A DNA stretch of 64,000 nt from a virus. Below are positions 1 through 10,849 of the stretch, in pieces. Position 1 is the first letter of the stretch. Each line of letters opens with the position of its first letter. Under the pieces are notes generated by a model that was not told the origin of the DNA, did no database searches, and saw nothing but the letters and a program-made list of their open reading frames with translations. The stretch lies in the IMG/VR virus record IMGVR_UViG_3300037307_000181, positions 2,523-66,522 of that record; one strand, written 5' to 3'. Position numbers and translations under genes: made by a program.

Positions 1-671
1 GCTATTGTCAAACCAGAACCAGCAATCGTGTCTGCAATTTCCAGAGTTTTTGCTGGTGTTGTGCCAGTTAAAGAAAGACCAGACGTTGCAGATAACTCAA
101 TCGAGTACACATTTGTACTCCAAGTAATACCATCTCCGGCAAATGAGCTTAGCAATGTATAAGATGGTGTGTAAGGACTCTCACCAGTCACTGGTACTTG
201 ATACTGTGCTGTACCATTTGATAGTCCAACACTATCTGCCCCTACAGTGATCAGCGTACCTGCACCAATATCGAATACCCCTGTGCCCCAGGATAAACCT
301 GCACCAGCAAACGTGCTCAAAGCTGTATAAGCTGGAGCATAGGGAGATACACCAGAAATGAGCACCTTGTACTGTGCATCTGCGTTTGGTAGTGCTCCAA
401 TAGGAAACTTTGAAGTTCCATCCAGTGCTAACAAGTATCCCGCTGTTGGTGTGGATGATGCATGAAATGTATCTACCGTGTCTGCATTTGTAAGACTTCC
501 GGTAAGGCTATCTGCCACAACATTTTTGGCATAGATATTATTCCACTTTTTTGTGGTTGCACCAAGATCATAGACTTCGGTTGTGTCAGGGGTTACACTT
601 CCGCTGAGCACACCGCCTGCTTTACTTAAAAAGTAGACAGCAAGCTGTTTTACATCCTGTAAAGAAATCAT
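1..671 (-). CDS. tail fibre/receptor-binding-like protein, 5' part (runs off window start)
   Basis: Not in the ORF track. ATG at 669-671 overlaps the upstream stop (TAATG). The frame is open to base 1: MISLQDVKQLAVYFLSKAGG..YDLGATTKKWNNIYA.., G/S/T-rich with an internal repeat. Confidence 0.7.
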   Translation of the reverse strand, partial: MISLQDVKQLAVYFLSKAGGVLSGSVTPDTTEVYDLGATTKKWNNIYAKNVVADSLTGSLTNADTVDTFHASSTPTAGYLLALDGTSKFPIGALPNADAQYKVLISGVSPYAPAYTALSTFAGAGLSWGTGVFDIGAGTLITVGADSVGLSNGTAQYQVPVTGESPYTPSYTLLSSFAGDGITWSTNVYSIELSATSGLSLTGTTPAKTLEIADTIAGSGLTI

Positions 672-1822
672 TATCTAACACTCCCACTGCTAACACCAAT
701 CCGTGCAAGCAAAATGTCCATAGCCACACTACGTTTTCCAAATTCAATATCCAATTGATTGTTATCAAGATTGTACGCTGTCCTGGCAACAATACCAGAA
801 GATAGCATAGCTGAAATCTGTGCAGATGTATAACCCACAGAATAGATATTGTCAGATATTGTAATAAAATCTCCAGCACGAAGCATATAAGGAAAATCGG
901 AAATGCCACCGAATGACAATGGCTTCCCCTGTACAACTATCCTGGTTGTCTGCTCAGGTTCTGCATACGCCTTTATTGCTAGTGCACCAACAATATTGGC
1001 AATTGTATCATTTGACTGTCCAATATTAATGCTACCCTCACGAACTCCATACTTCAATTGACTGGCTGTGTCCTCAAACCAGTCTGTAAACGTAGCCCCA
1101 ATAACTTCATCATCATATAAAATTTGGATTTTGTTATATACCTCAGACCTACTTCTGCTCAGAGATATAGAAGCTCCACCTGCCAGATCGTGCAGTGCAA
1201 TAAACCAATCTGGATTGTCTGTAATTTGTTTTTCATGTACTAAGAATGGTCTACGCTGTTCCCATATCTGAAAATGAAGAGGACGTGGATCATTGTTGTT
1301 GCCAGGATCACCACCGTATTTCAATGCCTCTTCAATAGCATCTGCCAACTTTGACTCACCAGTAAAATCTTGCGGTGTTATATCCAGATTAGATTCCTCA
1401 AGCTGAGATTTATCGTTCCACCAAACATCATCTGCTAAATCAATAATATCTTTAATAATTGCTGTAGCAGATTTTGCTACAGACCCATCATAGATCATTC
1501 CAAAAGTAAGATCGCTGGCATGTCCATAATATCCAATACAACTTACCGACACACCATCGGTATCCAGATCAATCGTGTCAATTCTCCCTTCATATACACG
1601 TCTACCATAACAGTCAAAAGCCACCACATGATAACCAACATAAGAAGAAAACATTTTGTGAGACTTCTGCTGAAATGAAGGCACTTTAAATGATGCATTT
1701 CCAAACCCACCATTTATCAGTGTTTCAAACTGAAAGTTGACTGGATTATAGATAGTCTCCATATAAGTCTCTGTTGTTTCAACAGAGCTAGACCAAATTA
1801 CAATACTAACAGCTAAATTCAC
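671..1822 (-). CDS. minor tail / tail-tip protein
   Basis: 383 aa, second gene after the tape measure; call based on synteny. Confidence 0.55.
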   Translation of the reverse strand: MNLAVSIVIWSSSVETTETYMETIYNPVNFQFETLINGGFGNASFKVPSFQQKSHKMFSSYVGYHVVAFDCYGRRVYEGRIDTIDLDTDGVSVSCIGYYGHASDLTFGMIYDGSVAKSATAIIKDIIDLADDVWWNDKSQLEESNLDITPQDFTGESKLADAIEEALKYGGDPGNNNDPRPLHFQIWEQRRPFLVHEKQITDNPDWFIALHDLAGGASISLSRSRSEVYNKIQILYDDEVIGATFTDWFEDTASQLKYGVREGSINIGQSNDTIANIVGALAIKAYAEPEQTTRIVVQGKPLSFGGISDFPYMLRAGDFITISDNIYSVGYTSAQISAMLSSGIVARTAYNLDNNQLDIEFGKRSVAMDILLARIGVSSGSVR

Positions 1823-1830
1823 GAAAGCAC

Positions 1831-3309
1831 CTATACAAGAACATTGAACTGAGGAACATAATATACCTTGGCAGTAACATAACGATCAATATCGGCACTA
1901 CCATAATTAGCACTTTGCATTAGAAAAAATAACTTTTGATCCTTTCCTGGTAGTAAAGTTAATCTTGGCATTAGTCCATAGGCATAAGGTAGGTTATAAG
2001 AACCTATCTTTGCATAAACAACGTCTATCCAACCATCGTCAATAAAGGTAACAGATTTAGCACCTGTGCTCCTAGCTTCTAGAACACGGTAGCCGCCATT
2101 TACAGGTAGAAAATAAATATAGTCTAAATTCAAATACTTTGAATTAACATCTGAATTAGCATACAGCTTAAATTCAAAACCATCCTGATTGGTTATATAA
2201 GAATCTTGATTTATAAAAACAACCCCAAAATCAAGTACCTCAATACCAGACGGTGAATCATTTGGTTGTGGTCTAATCCAACCCGTATCAAATGTAGATA
2301 GGCCATCATCTGTTAGCCAGAAAGCAATTTTATAGTTTGATGCTGCATCCCAGCCTCCTCCAGAAGATGGAAGTGTTCTACCAAAAACTCTATATGCACC
2401 CTTCATAGCTGCCGACTGAACAGCGGTAGTTGAAAAACTAAATAATAGAGTACCGGTTGATGTTGGGCTATAAACTACTCTTGTGTAAGTACCTCCACTA
2501 CAACTACCATCACTAACTGGAGTTGGGCTATCTTTTACATAAGTTGCATCACTATTATCAAACATTGTTTTTAGATTGGCTGTTGGATTCTGCTCTACTC
2601 CAATGTGTACCTTGTTTGTTGCATAGTCAATCTCTGCTCTAGTTTGTAGCTCAAGTCTAAGCAAAGATGGATATCCACCTAAGATACTTGATCCACTTAT
2701 GGATACCCAGTTGTCATGCCCCGTACCAGAATCATCATGATTCTGAACAACTAATCCGCTTGTGACATTTGTACCATTACCATTTGTCAACGGCAACGCT
2801 GTCATAGACCCACTATAAGGTGATGCGCTAAATGCCAACGGGTAACATACTAATGTGAGCACAAAGTCGTAAATAACGTAGTAACTACCTTCCTGCTGTA
2901 AAATATTCTCAACAGAAAGCAAATCCTCGGGCCACTTCAGATCACCATCAATAATCTCGAAGTAGGATGCGTTGGTTGCACCATCTATCTTGAACTGCAA
3001 TTCAACTCTGCTATTAATGCGGTAAATTGCATTTCTTCGGGCACGTTCAAGTGTACGCTCAATCAATGTTATGTTGTTGATGAGATTGTCCATTGATGTT
3101 CCACGAACTTTAAATGAGATTTCAATAGTTCTATTCTCAAATGAAGATGAAATCAGATTTGAGCCATGCAAATAGGATGAGCCACCCACCCATACCTGCT
3201 TCTTTGATAAAGGTGAAAACTTTAAGCCTTGATCTAGCAAAACATAGCTTGTTCCACTTAAAAAATCAATTGTCCCTTCAGCACTTACAATCTTTACTGT
3301 GTATGCCAT
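1831..3309 (-). CDS. distal tail (Dit-like) protein
   Basis: 492 aa directly downstream of the tape measure; beta-rich. Confidence 0.55.
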   Translation of the reverse strand: MAYTVKIVSAEGTIDFLSGTSYVLLDQGLKFSPLSKKQVWVGGSSYLHGSNLISSSFENRTIEISFKVRGTSMDNLINNITLIERTLERARRNAIYRINSRVELQFKIDGATNASYFEIIDGDLKWPEDLLSVENILQQEGSYYVIYDFVLTLVCYPLAFSASPYSGSMTALPLTNGNGTNVTSGLVVQNHDDSGTGHDNWVSISGSSILGGYPSLLRLELQTRAEIDYATNKVHIGVEQNPTANLKTMFDNSDATYVKDSPTPVSDGSCSGGTYTRVVYSPTSTGTLLFSFSTTAVQSAAMKGAYRVFGRTLPSSGGGWDAASNYKIAFWLTDDGLSTFDTGWIRPQPNDSPSGIEVLDFGVVFINQDSYITNQDGFEFKLYANSDVNSKYLNLDYIYFLPVNGGYRVLEARSTGAKSVTFIDDGWIDVVYAKIGSYNLPYAYGLMPRLTLLPGKDQKLFFLMQSANYGSADIDRYVTAKVYYVPQFNVLV

Positions 3310-3311
3310 TA

Positions 3312-6300
3312 CTAACCTCCAAAGTTATAGCCGAGCTTTCCCCTGGCTTTCTTCGTAATCACACGTTCAACTTCGGCAGCAATTCTGCGAATATCATCAT
3401 CACTGCGAACAGAGTCCTTACCAAAATTAAGAGTAAGACTATATGACCCACTACCTAAAGCTGTAACTTGATCAGGTACTATGATAGGTATATTCGTGCT
3501 TAGTACAGGTGAGATTGCAGAATTAATAAAACCAGCGTTCCTGGCTGCCTCTGAGTCAACGCCTTCTACAAAACCTTGAATGGTATACATGCCAATCATT
3601 TCAAAAACCTTTGATGGAGACTTTATACCAAGTAGGTTCTTAATGATTTTAACTGCACCTGAAACAACATTAGTTACTGCATTGACTACATTCCCAAACA
3701 TGCTTGAAATACCATCAATCAGACCTTGGATAATCATCTTGCCAATGGTCACAAACTGTTTACCAACTTCTTTTGCAGTATTAGCGGCTTTCGTAATATA
3801 ATCACCAACTATTTTTACAACTTCCAATAGTTTTTGTCTAATTGTATTTACAACCACCGCCCAAATTACTTTTACAATTGTAATAATTAGATTCCATGTA
3901 GCTGTCCAGAATGAAACAACATAACTTAGATATGTGACAATGACACTCCACACAGCACTAAATATACCTGCCCAAAAGTTATAAATAGCTGACAGTATGC
4001 CTGCCCAAAAGTTATAAATAGCTGAGAATATATTAACCCAAAATGTATAAACAATCATCAATCCTGCCATAATGCCCGATGAGATTCTTTCCCAAAGCGT
4101 TACTGCAATTAGCTTTATATCCTCCCAAATCTGTGCCCAGGTAGCTTTAATTGCATCTGTAATACCAAAAAATGCTAGTATCTCGTTAAATTTTGTTCTT
4201 ATGTATAGTGCAATAGCGTCCCAGGCACTTGCCACAGCTATTTTTATGTTTTTCCACGTAGTAGACAAAAATGTAATTATGCTATTAAATCTTGTAACAA
4301 TTGTTGCCCACAGCGCAGACAATATAATAGGTATACTGACAAAAGCCAATGAAATACTAGTTGATAAATTAAGCCAAAATATACGCCAGCTTACAAACAA
4401 CTTAAAAGCCCAAGCAATAAGTGTAGCAAACCAGCCTACCAACGTTCCAAATGCACCAACTAAAAAGCCAGCAACAAACCCTACAACTCTTGCTAAGCCA
4501 AGAAATAGTGTGCCAATCATTTTCAATATACCTTGACCACTAGGCGATTTAAAATATTCAACTATTCTTGAAAAAGATTCTTTTATAGATTCAAATGCTT
4601 TCTTTAGCCTATCAAACGTTCCTGGGTCAAAACCAGCTATAAAACCAGCAATGAAATCTTTAATAACTGGCAGATTTTTGAAGTCTAACTTCGGTAGTTT
4701 CACCTTTACTTTACTGAAATTAAAAACAGAACTCCAGTCTACATTCTCTATTGCACTCCATACGCCTTTGATTTTGTTGGTCACTTCACCAACCGCAGTC
4801 TTTACTTTGTCAAACTTATCCTTAATGTCTGCTATTTTCTGCCCGATGTTATACAGCATCGTATAATAGTTATACATCTCTGGATTTGAGAATGCTTCTG
4901 CACTAAGAGGTGGAACACCTGCCATACCGTCCTTGAGACCTTGCAGCATCTGTCTACCTTCGTCAAGACGCTCGACAAAACTCTTGGCTGCTTCTGTAGC
5001 ATCGTCTATTGTGGCTTGAGTTTCCTCGTCAACACCAGCATCCAAAGAAGGGAATTGAAAATCTTCTAGTTCACTAGCAAGTGAACCTACACCCCTGCCT
5101 AACTTCTCAACAGCACTCAACAGCTTCTCGATAATATCTTCCTGCTCCATCATGGCATCAACCATTGCCTTCTGGAAGTCAAGTTGTTTCTTTTGTTCCT
5201 CAGACTGCGCTTGCAGGGCTTTCTCTTCTACACTCAAACTGCGCAGAGATTTGTCACGTACTCTCATAGAGCCACGAATATTTGCAACCTTATCCTCAAT
5301 TGAGTCATTAGACCTACCAACTGCGGCAATCTCAGCATCATACGTTCTCAGGATACCCTTTCTCTGCTCTTCAATTTGCAATAAACGCTGTTGAATTGCT
5401 TCATACTTTATGTTCAACTTAATAAGCTCGGCAATATCACCCTTTAGCTCACCAGTTCCATCCAGAGCTTCGTCAATTAAATCCGTGTCAATAATCCCAG
5501 TGTCATTGTACTTAGATAAGGCAGAAGATAGAACAACACGAGCCTTGGCGTACTTAGCCAAAGCTTGATTTAGTGCATCACCTTCAAGACCTCTCGTCAA
5601 CTGCTTCTCGATCATCTTACTTACATCAGATAGAACACCGAAGTCAGCTTGCTTGAAGCCTTTCAGATATGTTTTTAATAATGCACTGCCCCACTTATCA
5701 ATCGAGGATAGTGGGCCTTCTTTTGGAGGTGAATGTGATTCGAAGAAACCAGCGATTAGGTTGGCAATCCACGAAATAACTTTGAGCACAGCCGCTGCAC
5801 CTTGAGCCAACCCGTTTGCGTAGGTTGTCATCAGGTTCTCGCCCCACGTAATAGCTGCGTCAGCAATCCCCCTAAAGAAACCAGCTACGTTTACACCCAT
5901 GCCAGCCAGCAGCTTTAGCACAAGCACTATTGCACCAGCAATAAGAGCTGGCCAACCAAGGAATGCCTTAGCTACACCACCAATAATCGGAATGAGTGTT
6001 TGAATACCTCCGATAATACCTGGAATGGCTTTTGTAAACAAACCAAATGACATGGCTAACAATTGCACACCATGAAATAACTGACCAAATAGCATCAACA
6101 ACGGGCCGGCAGCAAGCACAGCAAGCACAATGCCAATAACCTTTAGCTGTTTAGCTGCACCACCCGCACCCTCTCCAAGAGCCTTGAACCAAGCAGAAAA
6201 CTCCTGAATAAGCGGGATCAGTATAATGGCAATCTTATTCAGAACTGGTAGGAGGGCATCACCAACCGTAATGGCAGCATCATTTACATTATTTTTTAGT

Positions 6301-7817
6301 GCCGCCATCGTATTCTTTGTAGACATCATTGCTCTGTTATACTCTTCAACAAGAGACGTGCTTCTTTCCCATTCAGCATTAGCCGTTGCAATAGCTGAAC
6401 GAACAAGGTCTGTATTGTTTGCCATTGCTGCTAAGGCACGACCACCACGCTCATCGGCTGTGTTAATCAGAGCATATAGTGCCTCAGCATTCTGCCCTTC
6501 ATCACGTGCCTTATTAGCTGCATCAGCAATATCCAGATAAACACCCACAGCATCGTTGTTAATTTCATTCAATACTTTTTGGACTGTTGAATATTTTTCT
6601 GTAGCCCCCATCAACTGAGCAACTCTTTCAGCATTCTTAATCAACTGTGATGATGTGCGCTTTAGGGCAGTGCCTGCTTCTTCCTCTGACAAACCCATAC
6701 TAACCATAGCCGCAGATAGTCCAGCAGCCTCCGCAGCAGGAATATTTAGCAGACTTGCAGACTGAGCAAACTTACTCATAGATGTCATAATTGCCGATGC
6801 TGATGCATTTGTATCATTCTCAAGTTTGTTGATAACATTACCCAGTCTGAAAACGTTATCGGCTGATTCGTTTAAGTTCCAGCCAAACGCATTAGCAATA
6901 CCAACCATAGATGTTGCGATTTCTTCGCTGTTCATATCCATAGTCTGTGTCATCATCTCAAATACTTTTGTTAGGTTATATATGGCATCAACCCCCTTGA
7001 TACCAGCCTGACCTACAACCTCAGCCACCTTAGCTAACTCAACATGTGATGATGCAGTGACTGTTGCCAAACCCCTGATCTTCTCCCTCAACTCACCAGT
7101 TTGCTTTGTTGATATTCCGGTGGTTTTCTGAACCCTGATCATAGAATCTTCAAAATCAATAGCAGAGTTTGTGGCTTTCATCAAAAAGCCAATTAGCGGA
7201 ATAGAAACAAAAAACATTAGGGAACGACCAATGTTTGTAATACCCTGGGCAGCTACACGGAATGATTCGTTTAGATTTAGAAACTGGGTAGAAACAGCTT
7301 TCGTAAAAGTAAGAACTTTGCCAACCCCACCTGATAGTGTATTGGTAACAGAATCAATTGCCCCTCTTCCTGACCTAAGAATAGCGTCAGCAGATGCAAA
7401 TGGATTTATGTTTCTTACATTTGCTGTTGGAACAGAAGATGTTTTGGCTGTGGAGCTTGCGAAAGTATTAGCTGCTTGCGAAGCAGTCTGATAGCCACGA
7501 GCTACCTTGTTCAGCGCACTAACACTTGTACCCAATGCCGTAATATTCTTTTCGGCTGTATTCGTGCGTGTGCTCAGACTTGTAATATCTTTATTCATAC
7601 TCTTCAAGTCTGCTGACGCATCCATAGTCTTAGTAGCAGTCTGACCTAGCTTAGCATTCAGAGTATCCATTCTCTTACTAAGAGTAGTAAGAGATGTATT
7701 AATCTTGTTTACTGTAGCAGGAAGAGTCTGCAAGCTGTTTGCCAGCTTTTCAATTGCGGCAATTGCTTTAGTTGACTGAGCTTCAATTGAGATGGTTACT
7801 TTGTTGGTCGCTGCCAT
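3312..7817 (-). CDS. tail tape measure protein
   Basis: 1501 aa helical protein with TP901-like core (FEDSMIRVQKTTG..), W/F-periodic C-terminal repeats and SPSKVF motif; follows the tail chaperones. Confidence 0.92.
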   Translation of the reverse strand: MAATNKVTISIEAQSTKAIAAIEKLANSLQTLPATVNKINTSLTTLSKRMDTLNAKLGQTATKTMDASADLKSMNKDITSLSTRTNTAEKNITALGTSVSALNKVARGYQTASQAANTFASSTAKTSSVPTANVRNINPFASADAILRSGRGAIDSVTNTLSGGVGKVLTFTKAVSTQFLNLNESFRVAAQGITNIGRSLMFFVSIPLIGFLMKATNSAIDFEDSMIRVQKTTGISTKQTGELREKIRGLATVTASSHVELAKVAEVVGQAGIKGVDAIYNLTKVFEMMTQTMDMNSEEIATSMVGIANAFGWNLNESADNVFRLGNVINKLENDTNASASAIMTSMSKFAQSASLLNIPAAEAAGLSAAMVSMGLSEEEAGTALKRTSSQLIKNAERVAQLMGATEKYSTVQKVLNEINNDAVGVYLDIADAANKARDEGQNAEALYALINTADERGGRALAAMANNTDLVRSAIATANAEWERSTSLVEEYNRAMMSTKNTMAALKNNVNDAAITVGDALLPVLNKIAIILIPLIQEFSAWFKALGEGAGGAAKQLKVIGIVLAVLAAGPLLMLFGQLFHGVQLLAMSFGLFTKAIPGIIGGIQTLIPIIGGVAKAFLGWPALIAGAIVLVLKLLAGMGVNVAGFFRGIADAAITWGENLMTTYANGLAQGAAAVLKVISWIANLIAGFFESHSPPKEGPLSSIDKWGSALLKTYLKGFKQADFGVLSDVSKMIEKQLTRGLEGDALNQALAKYAKARVVLSSALSKYNDTGIIDTDLIDEALDGTGELKGDIAELIKLNIKYEAIQQRLLQIEEQRKGILRTYDAEIAAVGRSNDSIEDKVANIRGSMRVRDKSLRSLSVEEKALQAQSEEQKKQLDFQKAMVDAMMEQEDIIEKLLSAVEKLGRGVGSLASELEDFQFPSLDAGVDEETQATIDDATEAAKSFVERLDEGRQMLQGLKDGMAGVPPLSAEAFSNPEMYNYYTMLYNIGQKIADIKDKFDKVKTAVGEVTNKIKGVWSAIENVDWSSVFNFSKVKVKLPKLDFKNLPVIKDFIAGFIAGFDPGTFDRLKKAFESIKESFSRIVEYFKSPSGQGILKMIGTLFLGLARVVGFVAGFLVGAFGTLVGWFATLIAWAFKLFVSWRIFWLNLSTSISLAFVSIPIILSALWATIVTRFNSIITFLSTTWKNIKIAVASAWDAIALYIRTKFNEILAFFGITDAIKATWAQIWEDIKLIAVTLWERISSGIMAGLMIVYTFWVNIFSAIYNFWAGILSAIYNFWAGIFSAVWSVIVTYLSYVVSFWTATWNLIITIVKVIWAVVVNTIRQKLLEVVKIVGDYITKAANTAKEVGKQFVTIGKMIIQGLIDGISSMFGNVVNAVTNVVSGAVKIIKNLLGIKSPSKVFEMIGMYTIQGFVEGVDSEAARNAGFINSAISPVLSTNIPIIVPDQVTALGSGSYSLTLNFGKDSVRSDDDIRRIAAEVERVITKKARGKLGYNFGG

Positions 7818-7820
7818 GAT

Positions 7821-8192
7821 CTACTCTCTGGTAATTTTTGCGTCCTTGAATAATGGAGACTTTGATGATTCTCCGCCTTCGAGAATCACGATGGTCTTGC
7901 CTTCTTCTATCTTTCCACGCTGCCTCGCTATGCTGCTGGAACGCTTTTGCCAGGGAACTAGACTATCAAGAACCCTAGATAATTTCTTTTCATAATCCTT
8001 TAGAGATGAAGAACCCTTCTTCTCCATCGGAGTCCTGGACAGTGGTGCTATATTCATTTCCATTCGCCACTGCTCTACCTTATCCTCCTGGATCATCTTG
8101 AAAATGTTCAGAAGATCAGCAATCCCATAAATTTCTGCATGATCTAAAATCTGATCATCCGTCCAGCCATAAGCAGAACGGATGTTATGCAT
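7821..8192 (-). CDS. tail assembly chaperone, C-terminal (gpT-like) frame reached by -1 frameshift
   Basis: In the -1 frame of the upstream ORF, open from the slippery site at 8228-8234. Confidence 0.75.
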   Translation of the reverse strand: MHNIRSAYGWTDDQILDHAEIYGIADLLNIFKMIQEDKVEQWRMEMNIAPLSRTPMEKKGSSSLKDYEKKLSRVLDSLVPWQKRSSSIARQRGKIEEGKTIVILEGGESSKSPLFKDAKITRE

Positions 8193-8593
8193 TAACCTTG
8201 GGAAGCTACTTGTGATTGTGTGCCTGAGAAAAAACGGTCGATTAGTTTCCTCACCGCTGGTTGATTGTTGTAGACTTCAACTAAAACATCAATGAGCACA
8301 GCGATGTCGAAATAAACCTCAGCATCTTCCTTAGAACAACCAATCAGCGCAACAAACAACTCAATCAGTGCATCGGCTGTCAGGTTATCAATAATCTGGC
8401 TGATGAAGTCAACCCCGCTCTCTACTTCAACCGTGCCATCTTTCGATATGTTTTTGAGTGCACGAAATCCATATTTGGATATCCAACGAGAGATGAGCAC
8501 AACCTGCTCAGCCTGTGCACGACCTGTTTTAATAACCTGATATTCTTTTTCACCAACAGTTACAAGCTTGCCTTCCATATGTCTATTCTCCAT
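8192..8593 (-). CDS. tail assembly chaperone (gpG-like)
   Basis: Lies between the tail tube and tape measure genes; ends ..DRFFSG.. over T TTT TTC. Confidence 0.8.
   Translation of the reverse strand: MENRHMEGKLVTVGEKEYQVIKTGRAQAEQVVLISRWISKYGFRALKNISKDGTVEVESGVDFISQIIDNLTADALIELFVALIGCSKEDAEVYFDIAVLIDVLVEVYNNQPAVRKLIDRFFSGTQSQVASQG
8228..8234 (-). promoter_or_regulatory. -1 ribosomal frameshift slippery heptamer U UUU UUC
   Basis: CGT TTT TTC in frame 0; the -1 frame reads FLRHTITSSFPRL-MHNIRSAY into the downstream ORF. Confidence 0.8.
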
Positions 8594-8606
8594 TCATCAC
8601 TAAATT

Positions 8607-8656
8607 AAAAAACCCCAAGAACTCTACACACAAAGGGTAGAGCACTTAGGGTTTTT
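8607..8656 (-). terminator. hairpin/terminator after the major tail gene
   Basis: Nested inverted repeats AAAAACCC..CTCTAC / GTAGAG..GGGTTTTT. Confidence 0.55.
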
Positions 8657-8673
8657 GTGGTATTACCAAAATA

Positions 8674-9087
8674 TTACGGGCTTACACGATCTAATGCACC
8701 TTGACCCTCAAAGTCAACCGATAGGGTTGCGAAGTCGTCAGTGTTTACACCGTGCTCAACCGAAGTCAAAATTGCTTGCCCTTGCCAATACTTGGTTGTA
8801 ACCTGACGGTCATCATAGAAGCGCAGGTAAATGGTATTACCAGCAACCACCGTGTCAAAAATTGCATCGCTTGCATCGTCATAGTAACCAGACAATGAAC
8901 CAGACCAGGACATCCAAGTACGAGCTTTCTCTACCCAGGCATCTGCCATAGTAGCCACAAAAACTTTGTGCTCGGCGGAATCTACGTTGATCGAGATTGA
9001 GAACTCGTTACGTTCTGTAATCTCAGTCCAAACAGTTCCATTTGTTGAAAGTTCGACCTTTGCGTTAATACCTACAATAGCTGCCAT
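8674..9087 (-). CDS. major tail tube protein
   Basis: 137 aa with tube-like C-terminus (WQGQAILTS..SVDFEGQGAL); own late-motif promoter. Confidence 0.8.
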   Translation of the reverse strand: MAAIVGINAKVELSTNGTVWTEITERNEFSISINVDSAEHKVFVATMADAWVEKARTWMSWSGSLSGYYDDASDAIFDTVVAGNTIYLRFYDDRQVTTKYWQGQAILTSVEHGVNTDDFATLSVDFEGQGALDRVSP

Positions 9088-9177
9088 GCTATCCTCCTAA
9101 CAAGATTTCATCATCACCTCCTGCACACTAGGTAGTCTATTTTTATATAGCTTCACAAATCCTTTTCTTCTCACTAT

Positions 9178-9207
9178 CTCCAATCACTTTTGAAAAGAAA
9201 ATGCAAA
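9178..9207 (-). promoter_or_regulatory. putative late promoter motif
   Basis: TTTGCATT-N13-TGATTGGAG. Confidence 0.65.
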
Positions 9208-9223
9208 ATATTCTATGGTGCTT

Positions 9224-9649
9224 TTATTCAGCCTTTTTTCTGCTCATCGCAGCCCACGATCCGATGTGATCCACAACATCAAAGTCGGACAGTTCGTCTA
9301 CACTAACCAGATATCCAGGCACATATAAAACACCTCTATGCAGTTCACCTCGCCTACGACCAACCCTATATTCAGTGACCACAGAATCGGCGGCAAACTT
9401 TAACAGAAAATGCACATGCTCGTCTTTAATCAGATCAGCATCAAATAGTACACTTCTATAAGCGTTCTTTACACGCTTATATGCTTTTGCCAACCACTCC
9501 TCTGCGGCACTTGAACCCATCAAGAAATCTGCCTGTGGTTTGACTTCTTCATCGTCGGCAACCAATTCTTGGAGCACAGGGTCTACGAGACCTTGTTCAT
9601 TCTCTTCAAGCGTAGGCTCAACTTTTTCTTCGGATTTATCTTTGCCCAT
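9224..9649 (-). CDS. hypothetical protein
   Basis: ORF track; likely start ATG 9649 with GGAGG. Confidence 0.6.
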   Translation of the reverse strand: MGKDKSEEKVEPTLEENEQGLVDPVLQELVADDEEVKPQADFLMGSSAAEEWLAKAYKRVKNAYRSVLFDADLIKDEHVHFLLKFAADSVVTEYRVGRRRGELHRGVLYVPGYLVSVDELSDFDVVDHIGSWAAMSRKKAE

Positions 9650-9659
9650 GTAAAACCTC

Positions 9660-10103
9660 CTAGTTTCTATCGTAAACTTCAATTACAAAAGGCAACCAGT
9701 AAAATGGCGCATCTGCCACAGTAACTGTATCTGGTTCACCTATATCAACAACCGTTACCAGCGGAACTAAACCGCTCAGTGTGTGATCATCATTGAAAAG
9801 ACCTGCCAACTTATTCACAGCCCCACGCAACCTAGTATCAATCTCGTCAGCCGCATCCTGGTAGCGCACCAGAAATACACCTATGATTGACCATATCCAT
9901 ACCTGAGTAGAGAAAGGTTTGCGTGTGTCCTGCTTTCCACCGCCAAAATCTATAAAGCACCCATAAGGTGCATTCTCCTCAAAGATATTGGTAAACATCG
10001 TGTCGATGTCACTAATCACACCACGAGTTGTGCCTAGCTCAGCACTAAACACAGTGTTTATCTTGTCCATAACAGCTTGCTCAACAACGTCATAATTTTT
10101 CAT
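9660..10103 (-). CDS. tail terminator/completion protein
   Basis: 147 aa; synteny in the neck module. Confidence 0.6.
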   Translation of the reverse strand: MKNYDVVEQAVMDKINTVFSAELGTTRGVISDIDTMFTNIFEENAPYGCFIDFGGGKQDTRKPFSTQVWIWSIIGVFLVRYQDAADEIDTRLRGAVNKLAGLFNDDHTLSGLVPLVTVVDIGEPDTVTVADAPFYWLPFVIEVYDRN

Positions 10104-10849
10104 TAGATTAACGCCCTTCGACTCTTTCTCTTCCTGCCTGTGCTGATGTACTCAACATAGATTTGAGCAACACCTGCAAGAATCTTGTTGGCTTCCAGGT
10201 TAAAACCCTTGGTCTCCTGCATAACCTTGGTTGGATAGTCAAACCTGCCCTTTCCTGTTGGATACAAGCGCATCCAGTGAGAGCCACTTGCAGTTTCAGA
10301 AGGTTGTGCACTTGAACCATACTTATAGAGCCTGGACATTATCCTGTAGTATGGGTCATCATCACGCTTCTGATTTTCTCCAGTATAGGATCGCATGTAG
10401 CCTCTAACTGTATGCTGTTTTCCTAACTTTGACATGCGCTGGTAAGAGCTTACTTTGTACTGTGCTCTCTCGTAGTAGCTTCTAAACTTTAGCCCTTTGT
10501 TCTCAGCCCACTTCTTTAGAACCTCAAACTTAGGAGTCTTGTAAGCACCAAAACCTTTTCTAATTACCGTGTTGGCAATTGTTTTTTCACCCTCTACAAC
10601 AGCCCAGTAAACAATACCCTTGTCACTTCTGATCTTTTCAACAAAAAGGTTTTCAGATGCTGAGCCAGATGCACCAACCCTATACCTGTGTTGCTTAGAC
10701 AACATGGATGACATGCGTCTTTTAGCGAACTCAGCTATCCCCTGTGCACCATCGCTGGTGGCTTGGTTCAATTCTCTGATCTCACCAGACCTCTTTAGCT
10801 TGTCAATAAACTTTCTGTCAACAAACGTTACCTTGAGAATGTCAGCCAT
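10103..10849 (-). CDS. neck/tail-completion protein (HK97 gp10-like position)
   Basis: Basic 248-aa protein; synteny. Confidence 0.5.
   Translation of the reverse strand: MADILKVTFVDRKFIDKLKRSGEIRELNQATSDGAQGIAEFAKRRMSSMLSKQHRYRVGASGSASENLFVEKIRSDKGIVYWAVVEGEKTIANTVIRKGFGAYKTPKFEVLKKWAENKGLKFRSYYERAQYKVSSYQRMSKLGKQHTVRGYMRSYTGENQKRDDDPYYRIMSRLYKYGSSAQPSETASGSHWMRLYPTGKGRFDYPTKVMQETKGFNLEANKILAGVAQIYVEYISTGRKRKSRRALI

Noticed and set aside
622-936. ORF-track 104-aa minus ORF, and the many plus-strand ORFs within 1-29 kb and minus-strand ORFs within 30-64 kb
   Set aside because: They are shadow frames overlapping well-supported genes or RNA genes and have no RBS or recognisable motifs.
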